Program-made: the position numbers and the translations under genes
Assembly: GCA_964610875.1 (NCBI GenBank)
Contig: CAZSWP010000012.1
Span: 23,056-87,055 of the forward strand
Source: an uncultured archaeon
GTDB taxonomy: Archaea > Asgardarchaeota > Thorarchaeia > Thorarchaeales > Thorarchaeaceae
Reading direction: 5' to 3'
DNA: 64,000 nucleotides
In this document: positions 9,567 through 18,985 of the stretch, piece by piece
Position numbering within the stretch: the first letter of the stretch is position 1
Layout of the letters: each line of letters starts with the position of its first letter
The notes under the pieces: model-generated
What the model saw: the letters and a program-made list of their open reading frames with translations, nothing else
Told to the model about the DNA's origin: nothing
Databases searched by the model: none

Positions 9567-10283
9567 TTCACGCTTTTGAAACATGATGGCAATAGGTGCG
9601 TTGGCCTTCCTCCACTCTGCCAGTTTTCCCTCATAATTGAGAGGTATAGGATGTCTACCGTGATTTCCAATAACCATGAATAAAGTGTCTGGTCTTGCCT
9701 GTTTATAGAGAACTTTTATCCAGTTATCGGTCCGCTTCACTATTTTTTCAAGAAGTTTCTTTGGAGGTGTCCTGTGTCCATACTGAGCATATAGACTCTC
9801 AAAATCTAGAAAATGGATGTAGAGTAGCTGACATTTGAAAACATGTTTTGTAGACTCGATATATGTTGACATATCATCACGGACACTTATTGTATACGAT
9901 CTATCAAAATCAAATGTTTCCCGGTCATCTTCTCGACAGACTGCACGAACCACTAAGTTCGAGTCTTGAGCATACTCTAGGACATTGAATCCTCCCAAGG
10001 GGTTTCCTGAGATTATGTTTTTAATTATTGATGCTGCATATGGATCTTCACTTTCAATAACTGCAAGGACTTCCATGTTTTTGATAAGTCCCTCAGGTTT
10101 GTAGACAACAGCCTCGAAGAGACCAAAATTATCAATCATTACGACAACAATGGATTTTGGACTGAACCTACTAGCAATTTCAGTATTTACAGAAGAGAGA
10201 CTGATTGGAAGTTCAATCCCTAACATTTTCAATATGGTCGCAGGATATTCTCCTGCACTTGTTCGTACTTGAGGGAATGACAT
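9561..10283 (-). CDS. Divergent alkaline phosphatase-superfamily-like protein
   Basis: IVVVMIDNFG and VIGNHG resemble the AP/PglZ core motifs. Confidence 0.5.
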   Translation of the reverse strand: MSFPQVRTSAGEYPATILKMLGIELPISLSSVNTEIASRFSPKSIVVVMIDNFGLFEAVVYKPEGLIKNMEVLAVIESEDPYAASIIKNIISGNPLGGFNVLEYAQDSNLVVRAVCREDDRETFDFDRSYTISVRDDMSTYIESTKHVFKCQLLYIHFLDFESLYAQYGHRTPPKKLLEKIVKRTDNWIKVLYKQARPDTLFMVIGNHGRHPIPLNYEGKLAEWRKANAPIAIMFQKRES

Positions 10284-10436
10284 GCTATTGTCCTCTTCTC
10301 ATGAGTATGAGAGGTCAATAAAGGTAGTGGCCTATTGTAACTTTCATACGTTTCCTGAAAAAGTGATGTGGTCTTGACTCCTGAGTTGAAACTTGACTTA
10401 TGGAAGGATTAATAGACCTATAGAAAACTGACGTTC

Positions 10437-11405
10437 TTGATACCAATGCCTACACTACAAGAGATTATCAATAACGATTCAATAAAATTCATACTTAGCG
10501 GTGGAAAGGGTGGTGTTGGAAAGACCAGTTGTGCTGGTGCGATGGCCGTACTATCTGCTAGAAGAGGTCTACGAACCCTCGTGCTTTCAACCGATCCCGC
10601 ACACAGTCTAAGTGATAGTTTCCATCAAGACCTCTCAGGGGGAGAACCAGTTCCCGTTGAGGGAGTTGAACATCTCTGGGGAATGGAGCTTGATACCGAA
10701 AAGGGCATGCAAGAATTCCAGGATACAATTGGTGGTGGAGGAATGGGTCCAGAGATGGAGATGGCCTCTTCTCTGATTGGTGACATGAGTGGTATGTCCC
10801 CTCCAGGTTCTGATGAAGCCATGGCATTTGGCAAAATACTGGAGTTCATTGAGGACTCATCCTATGACAGAGTAATCTTTGATACTGCTCCAACAGGGCA
10901 TACTCTCAAACTCCTTGAACTACCAGATTTATTGGACAGCTGGCTAGGAAAAGTACTGACCATCAGACAGCGACTGAGCTCGATGATGTCTGGTCTTCGT
11001 GGTATGTTCGGTGGTGGTGGTGATGAGGAAACGCCATGGGAGATGTTACAGGCTACAAAGGAGAAGATCAAAGCAGCCCGTATCGAACTCTCTGACCCCA
11101 ATATGACCCAGTTTGTTGTGGTAATGATACCTGAAGCTATGGCGGTCTTTGAAACCCAGCGTTTGTTTGGGAGTCTAAATGCTTGGAATATTCCTGCTTC
11201 TAATATCATTGTGAATCAATTAGTACCAAAGAATACGGATTGTAGATTCTGTTCGAGTAGACGTGAAATGCAACAGAGGAACCTAGTTGATATAAAGGAC
11301 CTTTACCAAGATTTGAATATAACCGAAGTGCCTCTGTTTGAGAAGGAAATAAGAGGTGTGGATGGTCTCATAGATCTTGGAAAGGTGCTTATTAGCGAGG
11401 CATGA
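10437..11405 (+). CDS. GET3/TRC40/ArsA family ATPase (single-domain, GET3-like)
   Basis: GGKGGVGKT, STDPAHSLSD, DTAPTGHTL, Met-rich groove segments, CRFC dimerisation motif. Confidence 0.9.
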   Translation: MIPMPTLQEIINNDSIKFILSGGKGGVGKTSCAGAMAVLSARRGLRTLVLSTDPAHSLSDSFHQDLSGGEPVPVEGVEHLWGMELDTEKGMQEFQDTIGGGGMGPEMEMASSLIGDMSGMSPPGSDEAMAFGKILEFIEDSSYDRVIFDTAPTGHTLKLLELPDLLDSWLGKVLTIRQRLSSMMSGLRGMFGGGGDEETPWEMLQATKEKIKAARIELSDPNMTQFVVVMIPEAMAVFETQRLFGSLNAWNIPASNIIVNQLVPKNTDCRFCSSRREMQQRNLVDIKDLYQDLNITEVPLFEKEIRGVDGLIDLGKVLISEA

Positions 11406-11509
11406 TCAAAATGCGGTATAAAACTAAACGGAAAATTTACTCTGCGATATTTGTGCTGCTCTTCATAGCCTCAATTCTGGCTGCTGCATATCTAGTGTTC
11501 AAGGGATAG
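11402..11509 (+). CDS. 35-aa single-TM (tail-anchor-like) protein coupled to the GET3-like gene, not in ORF track
   Basis: ATGA overlap with the ATPase stop; MIKMRYKTKRKIYSAIFVLLFIASILAAAYLVFKG*. Confidence 0.65.
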   Translation: MIKMRYKTKRKIYSAIFVLLFIASILAAAYLVFKG

Positions 11510-11513
11510 GAAA

Positions 11514-11657
11514 TTATACTCCCTTTACACGTTTAACGACTGGTGGACGAATCTTGTAGAGGATTCTACCTCCACAGTAGGGACATTTGACTCCTGGGAG
11601 TTGTTCTAATCCCTCTGGAGTTACTTCACGTTTGCAGGAATGACATACATAGACCAT
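11514..11657 (-). CDS. rpoP: DNA-directed RNA polymerase subunit P (Rpo12)
   Basis: YVCHSC...KCPYCGGRILYKIRP; start at ATG 11657 after a GAGG RBS. Confidence 0.92.
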   Translation of the reverse strand: MVYVCHSCKREVTPEGLEQLPGVKCPYCGGRILYKIRPPVVKRVKGV

Positions 11658-11749
11658 GGAGATAACCTCGAATAGTAATCGGTGTTCTTTCACCACTACT
11701 ATCTGGAATCAAAGGTTGCCAATATGAGGTTTTTCATTGGGCACTTTGA

Positions 11750-13342
11750 TTATTCCTTATTCTGAATGACTTCTCCTTCTACCAATCCTTCACTCAGAAC
11801 TTTGAATATTCTAACACAAAGAAGGGTCCCTGGACTAAAACCTCCACGAACTGTCATCAGAGGCCCTTCATTCAATGGATACACCATCGTAAAACCATGA
11901 TGTGTTCCAGATGGCTCTGCAGCAATCCCCCTCATTATCTTACCCACGTACTCTGTCTTTCTTGACCTATTGATTCGTGCGGCTTCCTTCTTGAGTCGCA
12001 TTCCCAGCGGGTCCTTGGCACTTGATGGACGTGCTTCTGCAAAAGCTGACTCTGGTAGTGGGCGGAAACCATAAAGAATTATTCTCTCGGCTCCGGCTTC
12101 ACTCACTTCTCGCATGAGTCTTATGGATTCTTCAACGGTCTTGGGCGTCTCTCCTGGTAGTCCATATATAAAGTAGATATGAGGCCTTAATCCATATTTA
12201 GATGATATTTTGACTGCTCTTACAATATCCTCAGGGGTGCCACATTTTCCTATATCTCGCATATGTCTTGCCGAACCTGTTTCTAATCCAATATTTGGAG
12301 ATGTCATTCCTGCGAACTCTGAAAGAATACGTGCAGTATCATCATTCAATAAACAAGCTTTGACATTCTCTATTGAGAGATGGGCCTCTCCGCTTTGCAT
12401 TTGTTTAATCTCAGATATCTTCTCAAGAAGCAAGCGTATTGCATTCACGTTGGGTTTTGGACTGCAAGGCGTTCTCACAGGATAACCACCTCGCATATAG
12501 TCAAAGAAACCTGGTGCTTCCAGTACAATTCGACGTACTCCTAAATCTAAGAGTTCCTCTACTTCTTCGATTATGGTGTTCTGCATTTTGCTACGCGGAG
12601 GTCCCCAAACTGCAGGGACGCTGCAGAATCCACAACCTGGTGGGATATCTTCTGGACATGAAACTCTGTCCTCAGATTTATCAGAATCGCAATTACCACA
12701 GTCACTACACATGCGGCCATCTGGTAATTCTAGGCGGGTTCTATTGAAATTTGAACAACCCCTCAATACCTCAACATAGACCTTACTAGCCTGATAGTAG
12801 GGATAATCTATGATTCTGGAAGTCGAAGGGTGATATTCCTTGGATAGTTCTTCAGGACTCAGAAAGGGTCGTGGGTCATTTACTTTGACTGCTTTGCCCT
12901 TCCGATAAGCGATACCTAAAACATGTTCCAGTTGCACATCATTCTCGAGAAATCCAATATTAATCAACTCTGAAAGTGTTGCTTCGCCCTCTCCTCTTAC
13001 AATGAGGTCTGGATTTATTTCTCTCAATAATCTATCAGCATCTGTAGCAATCGGTCCTCCTATCATAATTCGTCCTTGTTTTCTACGTTTTTTCCAACTA
13101 TCAACTAATCTCTTTGTAGCCGGAAAGTCCATGCTCATCGCACTTATTGCGAGATGGTCAAAGGAACGGAGTTTGAATTGTCCTGCTAGAACTACCTCTG
13201 CTCTTACTATTCTACATGGAATTCGATATTTTTCAAAGACTCCTGCAACACTTCTAGGACCACACCCAATGGAATCACGTGAGCTGGTACGTTGTCCTCT
13301 TCCAGCACTCAGCGCATCAATGATCAGTACTTTTCCGGGCAT
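11750..13342 (-). CDS. B12-binding-domain radical SAM protein with C-terminal TRAM-like domain
   Basis: GGP, GEGE, split RGCSNF...GCGFC motif, GLETGS, YGLPGET. Confidence 0.82.
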   Translation of the reverse strand: MPGKVLIIDALSAGRGQRTSSRDSIGCGPRSVAGVFEKYRIPCRIVRAEVVLAGQFKLRSFDHLAISAMSMDFPATKRLVDSWKKRRKQGRIMIGGPIATDADRLLREINPDLIVRGEGEATLSELINIGFLENDVQLEHVLGIAYRKGKAVKVNDPRPFLSPEELSKEYHPSTSRIIDYPYYQASKVYVEVLRGCSNFNRTRLELPDGRMCSDCGNCDSDKSEDRVSCPEDIPPGCGFCSVPAVWGPPRSKMQNTIIEEVEELLDLGVRRIVLEAPGFFDYMRGGYPVRTPCSPKPNVNAIRLLLEKISEIKQMQSGEAHLSIENVKACLLNDDTARILSEFAGMTSPNIGLETGSARHMRDIGKCGTPEDIVRAVKISSKYGLRPHIYFIYGLPGETPKTVEESIRLMREVSEAGAERIILYGFRPLPESAFAEARPSSAKDPLGMRLKKEAARINRSRKTEYVGKIMRGIAAEPSGTHHGFTMVYPLNEGPLMTVRGGFSPGTLLCVRIFKVLSEGLVEGEVIQNKE

Positions 13343-13487
13343 GGGATACTACCTACTTGATCTTCTTCTTTCTGTCATCTATTCTTATTGCTAAGGACCA
13401 ATAGAAATCACTTATATGTCACGCCTGAGTCATACTGAAAATAGCATAGTTGCTAAATCATAGAATAATTAGGAGTACGATTGATTA

Positions 13488-13826
13488 GTGTCGGAAGACG
13501 CCGGAATTTGTCCAAACTGTGGCCTCCCCTCCGATTTGTGCGTGTGCGAGACCATCGCACAGGAGGATGCCCAAATCACTGTAACAATTGAACGACGCAA
13601 ATGGGGCCGTTTGTATACTGTCGTCGAGGGTTTTGATAAGAATATTGACCTTGGCGATTTGGCATCCAAATTAAAAAGCAAGCTTGCTTGTGGTGGAGCC
13701 GCCAAACATGGTCATGTTGAACTTCAAGGAGACCATCGAGGAGTCATCCAGAATGTTCTCTCAAAACTTGGTTTTCCGGAAGATCAAATTGTTATTGACT
13801 GGTCCTTTGTTTCACGTAGACGTTAG
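13488..13826 (+). CDS. sui1: Translation initiation factor SUI1 / aIF1
   Basis: CPNCGLPxDLCVCE, LKSKLACGG, ELQGDHR. Confidence 0.92.
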   Translation: MSEDAGICPNCGLPSDLCVCETIAQEDAQITVTIERRKWGRLYTVVEGFDKNIDLGDLASKLKSKLACGGAAKHGHVELQGDHRGVIQNVLSKLGFPEDQIVIDWSFVSRRR

Positions 13827-13895
13827 CCCTATCACTGATTTGTGCAAGCAGAGCCCTAAATTCACGTGGATGGATGCGAACTAGTTCAGTGATTA

Positions 13896-14864
13896 TTAGG
13901 TCATTGATAGGGAATCTATCTCCAACTTCTTCACAATTTCCTTGTATCGATTTCTCACAGTGACCTCAGTCACTCTAGCCACGCTTGCAATCTCTCGTTG
14001 AGTCCGCCTCTCATCTAACATGATGGATGCTACATAAATTGCTGCTGCTGCGAGACCTAGTGGGTCTCTACCTATGGTAAGACCGAGGTCTCTACTGCGT
14101 TTCAGAATTTCGATAGTTCGAAGCTGTACTGGACTTGATAGTTCTAATTCCGAGGCAAAACGAGATATGTAATCAACAGGGTTTGAAAGAGGTATTCTAA
14201 CCTTCAGACTCCTCAACAGTAGACGATAACACTGTCCGAGTTTCTTCTTATCCACCCTGGATGCATCAGCAACTTCATCCAATGGTCTTGGTTTCATGCG
14301 AATTCTACAAGCTGCATACAATGTGGCTGCTACCATCGCCTCAATCGATCTACCACGAACAAGTTTCTTGATTATTGACTTGCGATACAAAAGGGCAGCA
14401 AGCTCGCGTATCGGTTTGGGTATACCTAACTGTGAAGAGAGCCTCTCCAACTCCGACATAGCCTGAGCTAGGTTCCTATCCAATGAACTGTGTACTCGGC
14501 TGCGGATTTGCCACTTGCGCAAACGATAGATCTCTGACCTACGTGTCGGACTAAGTCTTTTCCCAGAAGTGTCTCTGTCCCGCCAGTCGATGATGGTGGA
14601 CAATCCTTTGTCGTGCACTGTATATCTCATAGGTGCGCCAACTCTGCTTCTTGAGTCGGCTTCTTCAGAACTAAATGCTCTCCACTCCGCACCGGTATCA
14701 ATCCGATGGTCGGAAAGAACAAGACCACAATCACCACAGACACTTTCTCCCCGTGTCACATCCTCCACTACGGATGTTGAACCGCATTCAGGACATACAA
14801 GAACTTTTTCTGAATCTGAGTCAACCCCTGTAGTCGGTACCGACTTAGCAGACCTACCCACCAT
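13896..14864 (-). CDS. tfb: Transcription initiation factor IIB
   Basis: Zinc ribbon CPECG...CGDCG, EWRAF, two cyclin repeats, TEVTVRNRYKE. Confidence 0.95.
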   Translation of the reverse strand: MVGRSAKSVPTTGVDSDSEKVLVCPECGSTSVVEDVTRGESVCGDCGLVLSDHRIDTGAEWRAFSSEEADSRSRVGAPMRYTVHDKGLSTIIDWRDRDTSGKRLSPTRRSEIYRLRKWQIRSRVHSSLDRNLAQAMSELERLSSQLGIPKPIRELAALLYRKSIIKKLVRGRSIEAMVAATLYAACRIRMKPRPLDEVADASRVDKKKLGQCYRLLLRSLKVRIPLSNPVDYISRFASELELSSPVQLRTIEILKRSRDLGLTIGRDPLGLAAAAIYVASIMLDERRTQREIASVARVTEVTVRNRYKEIVKKLEIDSLSMT

Positions 14865-15046
14865 TGCTCCTCCATCACGCTTAGACCCGGAGTACTCATG
14901 GTTGTCAAGGATAATACGATGAAATCAAAAGATAATCTCCCGGACCCACTAGCATTAATATGAAAATATGCTTTTAATGATTGTGAATTTGTCGAAGAGC
15001 TCTTCTACACTTTTAGAAGTGGATACTATAGTATCCTCTCATGACA

Positions 15047-16027
15047 TCATGTGGTCTGGATGTACCCATCTTCAATGATGATGACCGTATGCTCGTGCTG
15101 TGATACAAAGTGTCCCTTCTCTTCTGCAAGGATGTGGTGAGAGATCAAAGCACCATTTTGAGAGAGTTCTCGCACTGCCATCTTCATTGTGGCATGCCCC
15201 ATCCTCTCTGCAATCCAACGTTCAGCAAAGGGGAACTCTTTGTACCCCTTCCTTGCAATGCTCAAAAATTGGCGCGTTCCTTTGAATCTAACTGGCACAC
15301 GAATTGGAAGAAGTTGATAGATGACTGGATTCGGAAGGTCCGATACATTCCCCGAGCCAGTGCTTGCAAAGGTTTCAATTGCATATACTTCTCCTTCTTC
15401 GACAAGTACTTCAGACTTGCCAGATACACATGGCACTTGTTTCTCAGAGTGCAGTTCATATTCCATCATCTGATGACCAGTCAATTGTTTTACCGGTTTG
15501 AATCCTGCACTGACAATGGTGTCCTCAATGAGTGCTCCAATTGTGTTCAATTTAGCTCCCGGCCGCATCATCTTGATGGCAACGTTTGTTGCATCTACTG
15601 ATGCTTTCACCAATGCTTCATGATCAGGATTCAAAGCAACAGTGAACGCAGAATCAGAGATACACCCATCGATGTGGGCGCCAATATCTACTGTAACGAG
15701 GTCTCCTTCTTCTATGACTGTTTCATCATTGAGAGGCGAGGTATAGTGTGCCGCTACGTTATTGATTGCAACATTGCAGGGAAAAGCAAGTCCTGTGGCA
15801 TTCTCAAGCACATGGTCTTCTGCTGCCTTAATAATATCAATGACCTTTGCGTCTGGTTTTATCAATGGTCGGGCAATCTTAAGTGCCTCCTTTGCAATAA
15901 TTCCTGCTTGCTTCCACTTATCCCACGGGTCATCTGATTCCTCGGCTGTTTCTGATTCAGTAGGTTTCTCTTCTGGCACTCTGTTCACCTTGTCATGTAT
16001 ATATCCCTGCTGAGAGGATTGGCACAT
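15047..16027 (-). CDS. map: Methionine aminopeptidase type II
   Basis: AFPCN, AAHYT, DIGAHIDG, LTGH, AIETF, QHEHT; true start probably a few codons downstream. Confidence 0.92.
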   Translation of the reverse strand: MCQSSQQGYIHDKVNRVPEEKPTESETAEESDDPWDKWKQAGIIAKEALKIARPLIKPDAKVIDIIKAAEDHVLENATGLAFPCNVAINNVAAHYTSPLNDETVIEEGDLVTVDIGAHIDGCISDSAFTVALNPDHEALVKASVDATNVAIKMMRPGAKLNTIGALIEDTIVSAGFKPVKQLTGHQMMEYELHSEKQVPCVSGKSEVLVEEGEVYAIETFASTGSGNVSDLPNPVIYQLLPIRVPVRFKGTRQFLSIARKGYKEFPFAERWIAERMGHATMKMAVRELSQNGALISHHILAEEKGHFVSQHEHTVIIIEDGYIQTT

Positions 16028-16098
16028 AAAAGTGACGGAATAATCACTTTATCAAAATGCATTATGTCTTACTATTGCAGAGAATGAATAATATGGTA

Positions 16099-16491
16099 TT
16101 ATAATGCTTGAGCAATTTGTCTTGCAATCTTACTCATCATAAAGAAAAGATATCCAAGGTTTACTCTACGATTAGTGAGTACTGCAAGAATTGCTGCTTC
16201 TCCTGCTCCACCAATAATGACATAACCGTTGTTCCCTTCGATTAGCATTCTTACGAGAGGGCCCCTCCTCAGTTCTTGGAACACTTTTCCGGTTGCCATT
16301 TGAATCTGGATGCAGCGGCCGGCAATCACATTTTCATCGGGTATTGTCACACCCGGTGCATCAGGGGGATAATGTGAACATATTGTAAGTCCCTGATCAC
16401 GGTCAATGACTAGACTTGCCTGGATATTTCCTTGGGAAGCTCTGCTAAGGTCCTCGAGGAGTGATGTGAGTATTTCGGTCTTGGAAGACAT
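16099..16491 (-). CDS. Roadblock/LC7 domain protein
   Basis: ASLVIDRDQGL...ELRRGPL..MLIEGNNGYVII...ILAVLT...NLG pattern. Confidence 0.85.
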   Translation of the reverse strand: MSSKTEILTSLLEDLSRASQGNIQASLVIDRDQGLTICSHYPPDAPGVTIPDENVIAGRCIQIQMATGKVFQELRRGPLVRMLIEGNNGYVIIGGAGEAAILAVLTNRRVNLGYLFFMMSKIARQIAQAL

Positions 16492-16579
16492 GTAAAATAT
16501 ACCTCCCTGGGCAGGCTCTCGACAATAGAAGATGTTTCGAGTATTTAAAGATGCTCAGGATAGACTCAGTATTATAAAG

Positions 16580-17353
16580 TTAGACTCTTTTTGCTCCAGC
16601 GGCCTTCAAAGCCCTAATAATCTTCTTGAGCCCATCTCCCATGTCATCCTCAACATGATCTTCAAGATATGTGCCCTGAACAATGATTGAAGCTCCTGAC
16701 TTTACACCACGAACAACATCGTCTGCTGTATTGAAACCGCCGCCGGTAATCACGGGTATGTCAATGTAGGTTGAAACCGTAGAAATCATCTCGCTAGGCA
16801 CACCACCTCCATCAGCTCCACTTCCTGCCTCAAGATAGACCAGTTTGAAACCAAGGAGTTCTGCTGCCATTGCATACATGAGAGGAATCTTTGGCTTGTC
16901 TCGTGGGAACACTTTTGCATCACCCACCCATGCCGCGGTCTTTCCAGGAGCGACCATCAGGTAGGCCATTGGTATCGTTTCGATCTCGGCCATTTTCACA
17001 CCTGCTGATGCAAGTGCCTGTGCTCCAATGATCCAATATGGATTAGTGGAATTCAGAAGACTCATGAAAAACATTGCATCTGCGTACTTGGAAACACCCG
17101 ATATATTGCCTGGGAATAGAATGGTTGGAATTTCAACAGCGTCAGTGATTGCCTTTACTGCCTCATCAATGACACCAAAGATTGTACTACCACCTATCAT
17201 TACTGCATCAGTGCCAGATTTTTCGGCAATCTGTGCAATATTGACGACACGGTCAATTGTCATCTTTAGTGGGTCGGGGTCAAGTAAGGAAAAATGACAA
17301 GCGCCATCTGTGGCAATCTTTTCTTCTATGTACTTCCACACTTTTCCGGGCAT
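16580..17353 (-). CDS. Geranylgeranylglyceryl phosphate synthase (group II)
   Basis: LLDPD, MIGGS, LFPG, SLLNS.NPYWIIGAQ, YLEAGSGA. Confidence 0.92.
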   Translation of the reverse strand: MPGKVWKYIEEKIATDGACHFSLLDPDPLKMTIDRVVNIAQIAEKSGTDAVMIGGSTIFGVIDEAVKAITDAVEIPTILFPGNISGVSKYADAMFFMSLLNSTNPYWIIGAQALASAGVKMAEIETIPMAYLMVAPGKTAAWVGDAKVFPRDKPKIPLMYAMAAELLGFKLVYLEAGSGADGGGVPSEMISTVSTYIDIPVITGGGFNTADDVVRGVKSGASIIVQGTYLEDHVEDDMGDGLKKIIRALKAAGAKRV

Positions 17354-17426
17354 CTAACAGCCTCCAAATGGTGTGCATCGACCGATTGACCTGCTTTTTA
17401 CGCTTGTGGTATATAACGGAAAGGTA

Positions 17427-18068
17427 TCACTCACTTGGTTTCCCAGTTCGTGGAAACGGAAGGATTCTGCCAGTATGCTCCATATATTCTGCGTACTCTT
17501 CTCCAAACACTTGTAGTAGGTATTTTTCTTCATAGAGTATCACGTTATAGTAACCCGGAATACCAATCAACAGTATCAGTGAAACTACGGAAGGCACTAA
17601 GAATACAATTCCCAGGAAACAGAGAATATACGACGTATATGAGGGATGTCTCACTTGGGAATAGGGACCACGTGTGATAAGGACATGTTGATTACTCATG
17701 GCCCATGACGAAGCCATGTCATGACGTACGTATCTCGACCAACCATGAATAACAATACCAATGGTAAGGAGTATTAACCCAATAAACCATAGTGCAAATG
17801 GTGCATCGTAGAGGGGTATCATTAGCATAACTAAAAATTCTCCAGTATTACTGACCCAAGCTATTGGAAACAACAGTGCCAGACAAAAAGATAGGAGTGT
17901 TGCTATCGTTACAGCTGCCATAGTACCATTGGGCACACTGGTTGCGGGTTCTGAAAACACTGTACTATTTTCTCGGTGTATTTTTGCCAGGTCAAGTTTT
18001 AGATGAAGTAACACATCCACTGTTGCAAAAATTCCTATGACAGGTCCTACCAAGAAGAAATCAAGCAT
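17427..18068 (-). CDS. Isoprenylcysteine carboxyl methyltransferase (ICMT/PEMT) family membrane protein
   Basis: LITRGPYSQVRHPSY and EEKYL..FGEEYAEY..TGR..P motifs. Confidence 0.85.
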   Translation of the reverse strand: MLDFFLVGPVIGIFATVDVLLHLKLDLAKIHRENSTVFSEPATSVPNGTMAAVTIATLLSFCLALLFPIAWVSNTGEFLVMLMIPLYDAPFALWFIGLILLTIGIVIHGWSRYVRHDMASSWAMSNQHVLITRGPYSQVRHPSYTSYILCFLGIVFLVPSVVSLILLIGIPGYYNVILYEEKYLLQVFGEEYAEYMEHTGRILPFPRTGKPSE

Positions 18069-18219
18069 ACCGCAAACTCTACTGCCTTCATCAAAAACCT
18101 ATCCCTGAATATAGGTCATAGACTGCTGGAACGTGATTATCACAGGATACCACGTCAGCAGCAAACGTGAGCGAGAGATCATTTATGCGTAACTCTGATA
18201 TTAATCGATGGTGATTCTC

Positions 18220-18513
18220 ATGCAGACTGCGGATGAGGTAAAGTGTACCATTCATCTTCATAAGAGGGATTTGAAGCAGCAGTATAAATTGAAGAGTATT
18301 GCCATCTTCGGTTCCTATGTTAGAGGACAATAGAGAGAGGATAGTGATTTAGACATTCTTGTAGAGTTTTCCGAACCATTCATTCTGCTAGATATTGTTT
18401 CCCTTGAGAACAATCTCACAGACCTATTGGGTATTCAAGTTGTTTTCATCTCCAAGAAGAATATACGCAAGGAATTACGAAGCACGATACTAGAGGAGGC
18501 TGTTCCTCTATGA
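18220..18513 (+). pseudogene. MNT (minimal nucleotidyltransferase) antitoxin with internal TAG
   Basis: IAIFGSYVRGQ*REDSDLDILVEF; in-frame TAG at 18331-18333. Confidence 0.85.
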
Positions 18514-18860
18514 AGAGGTCCTTTCTGATCTACATCGATGACATTATCAAATACATGGAATGAGCTGAAGAATACGTTGATGAAATGTACTTCAAGGAAT
18601 TTTCAGCTGACCAAAAGATGTGTGATGCAACGATACGGTGCCTTGAAGTGATAGGAGAAGCCACCAAAAAGATTCCGGAGGATATCCGTACGAAACATAA
18701 GGATATTCCTTGGCGTGCGATGACGGGAATGCGGGATAAAATAATCCATAGTTACTTTACCGTTGATCTAGAAGCGGTGTGGCTTGTGATTAAGGAAAAC
18801 ATACCTGAACTAAAGATATTACTAAAACAGATTCGTGAAACACACAAGGATTCTATCTGA
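18510..18860 (+). pseudogene. HEPN/DUF86 toxin with internal TGA
   Basis: MKRSFLIYIDDIIKYME*AEEY...LEVIGEA...IPW..M.GMRDKIIHSY; in-frame TGA at 18561-18563; ATGA overlap with MNT. Confidence 0.85.
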
Positions 18861-18985
18861 TATCATCAAGTATGACAGACAATACCTGATAGAATAATAA
18901 CAACTCTTTCATTCAACAGAAACTTCACATATACCCAAGCTTCAATGACTGATTGTAAGGCACATCATCATCTGAGAAAAATGAT

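Noticed and set aside
18561-18563. TGA in the HEPN gene as a selenocysteine codon
   Set aside because: Not a Cys-homologous position, no SECIS recognised, and the partner MNT gene also has a stop.
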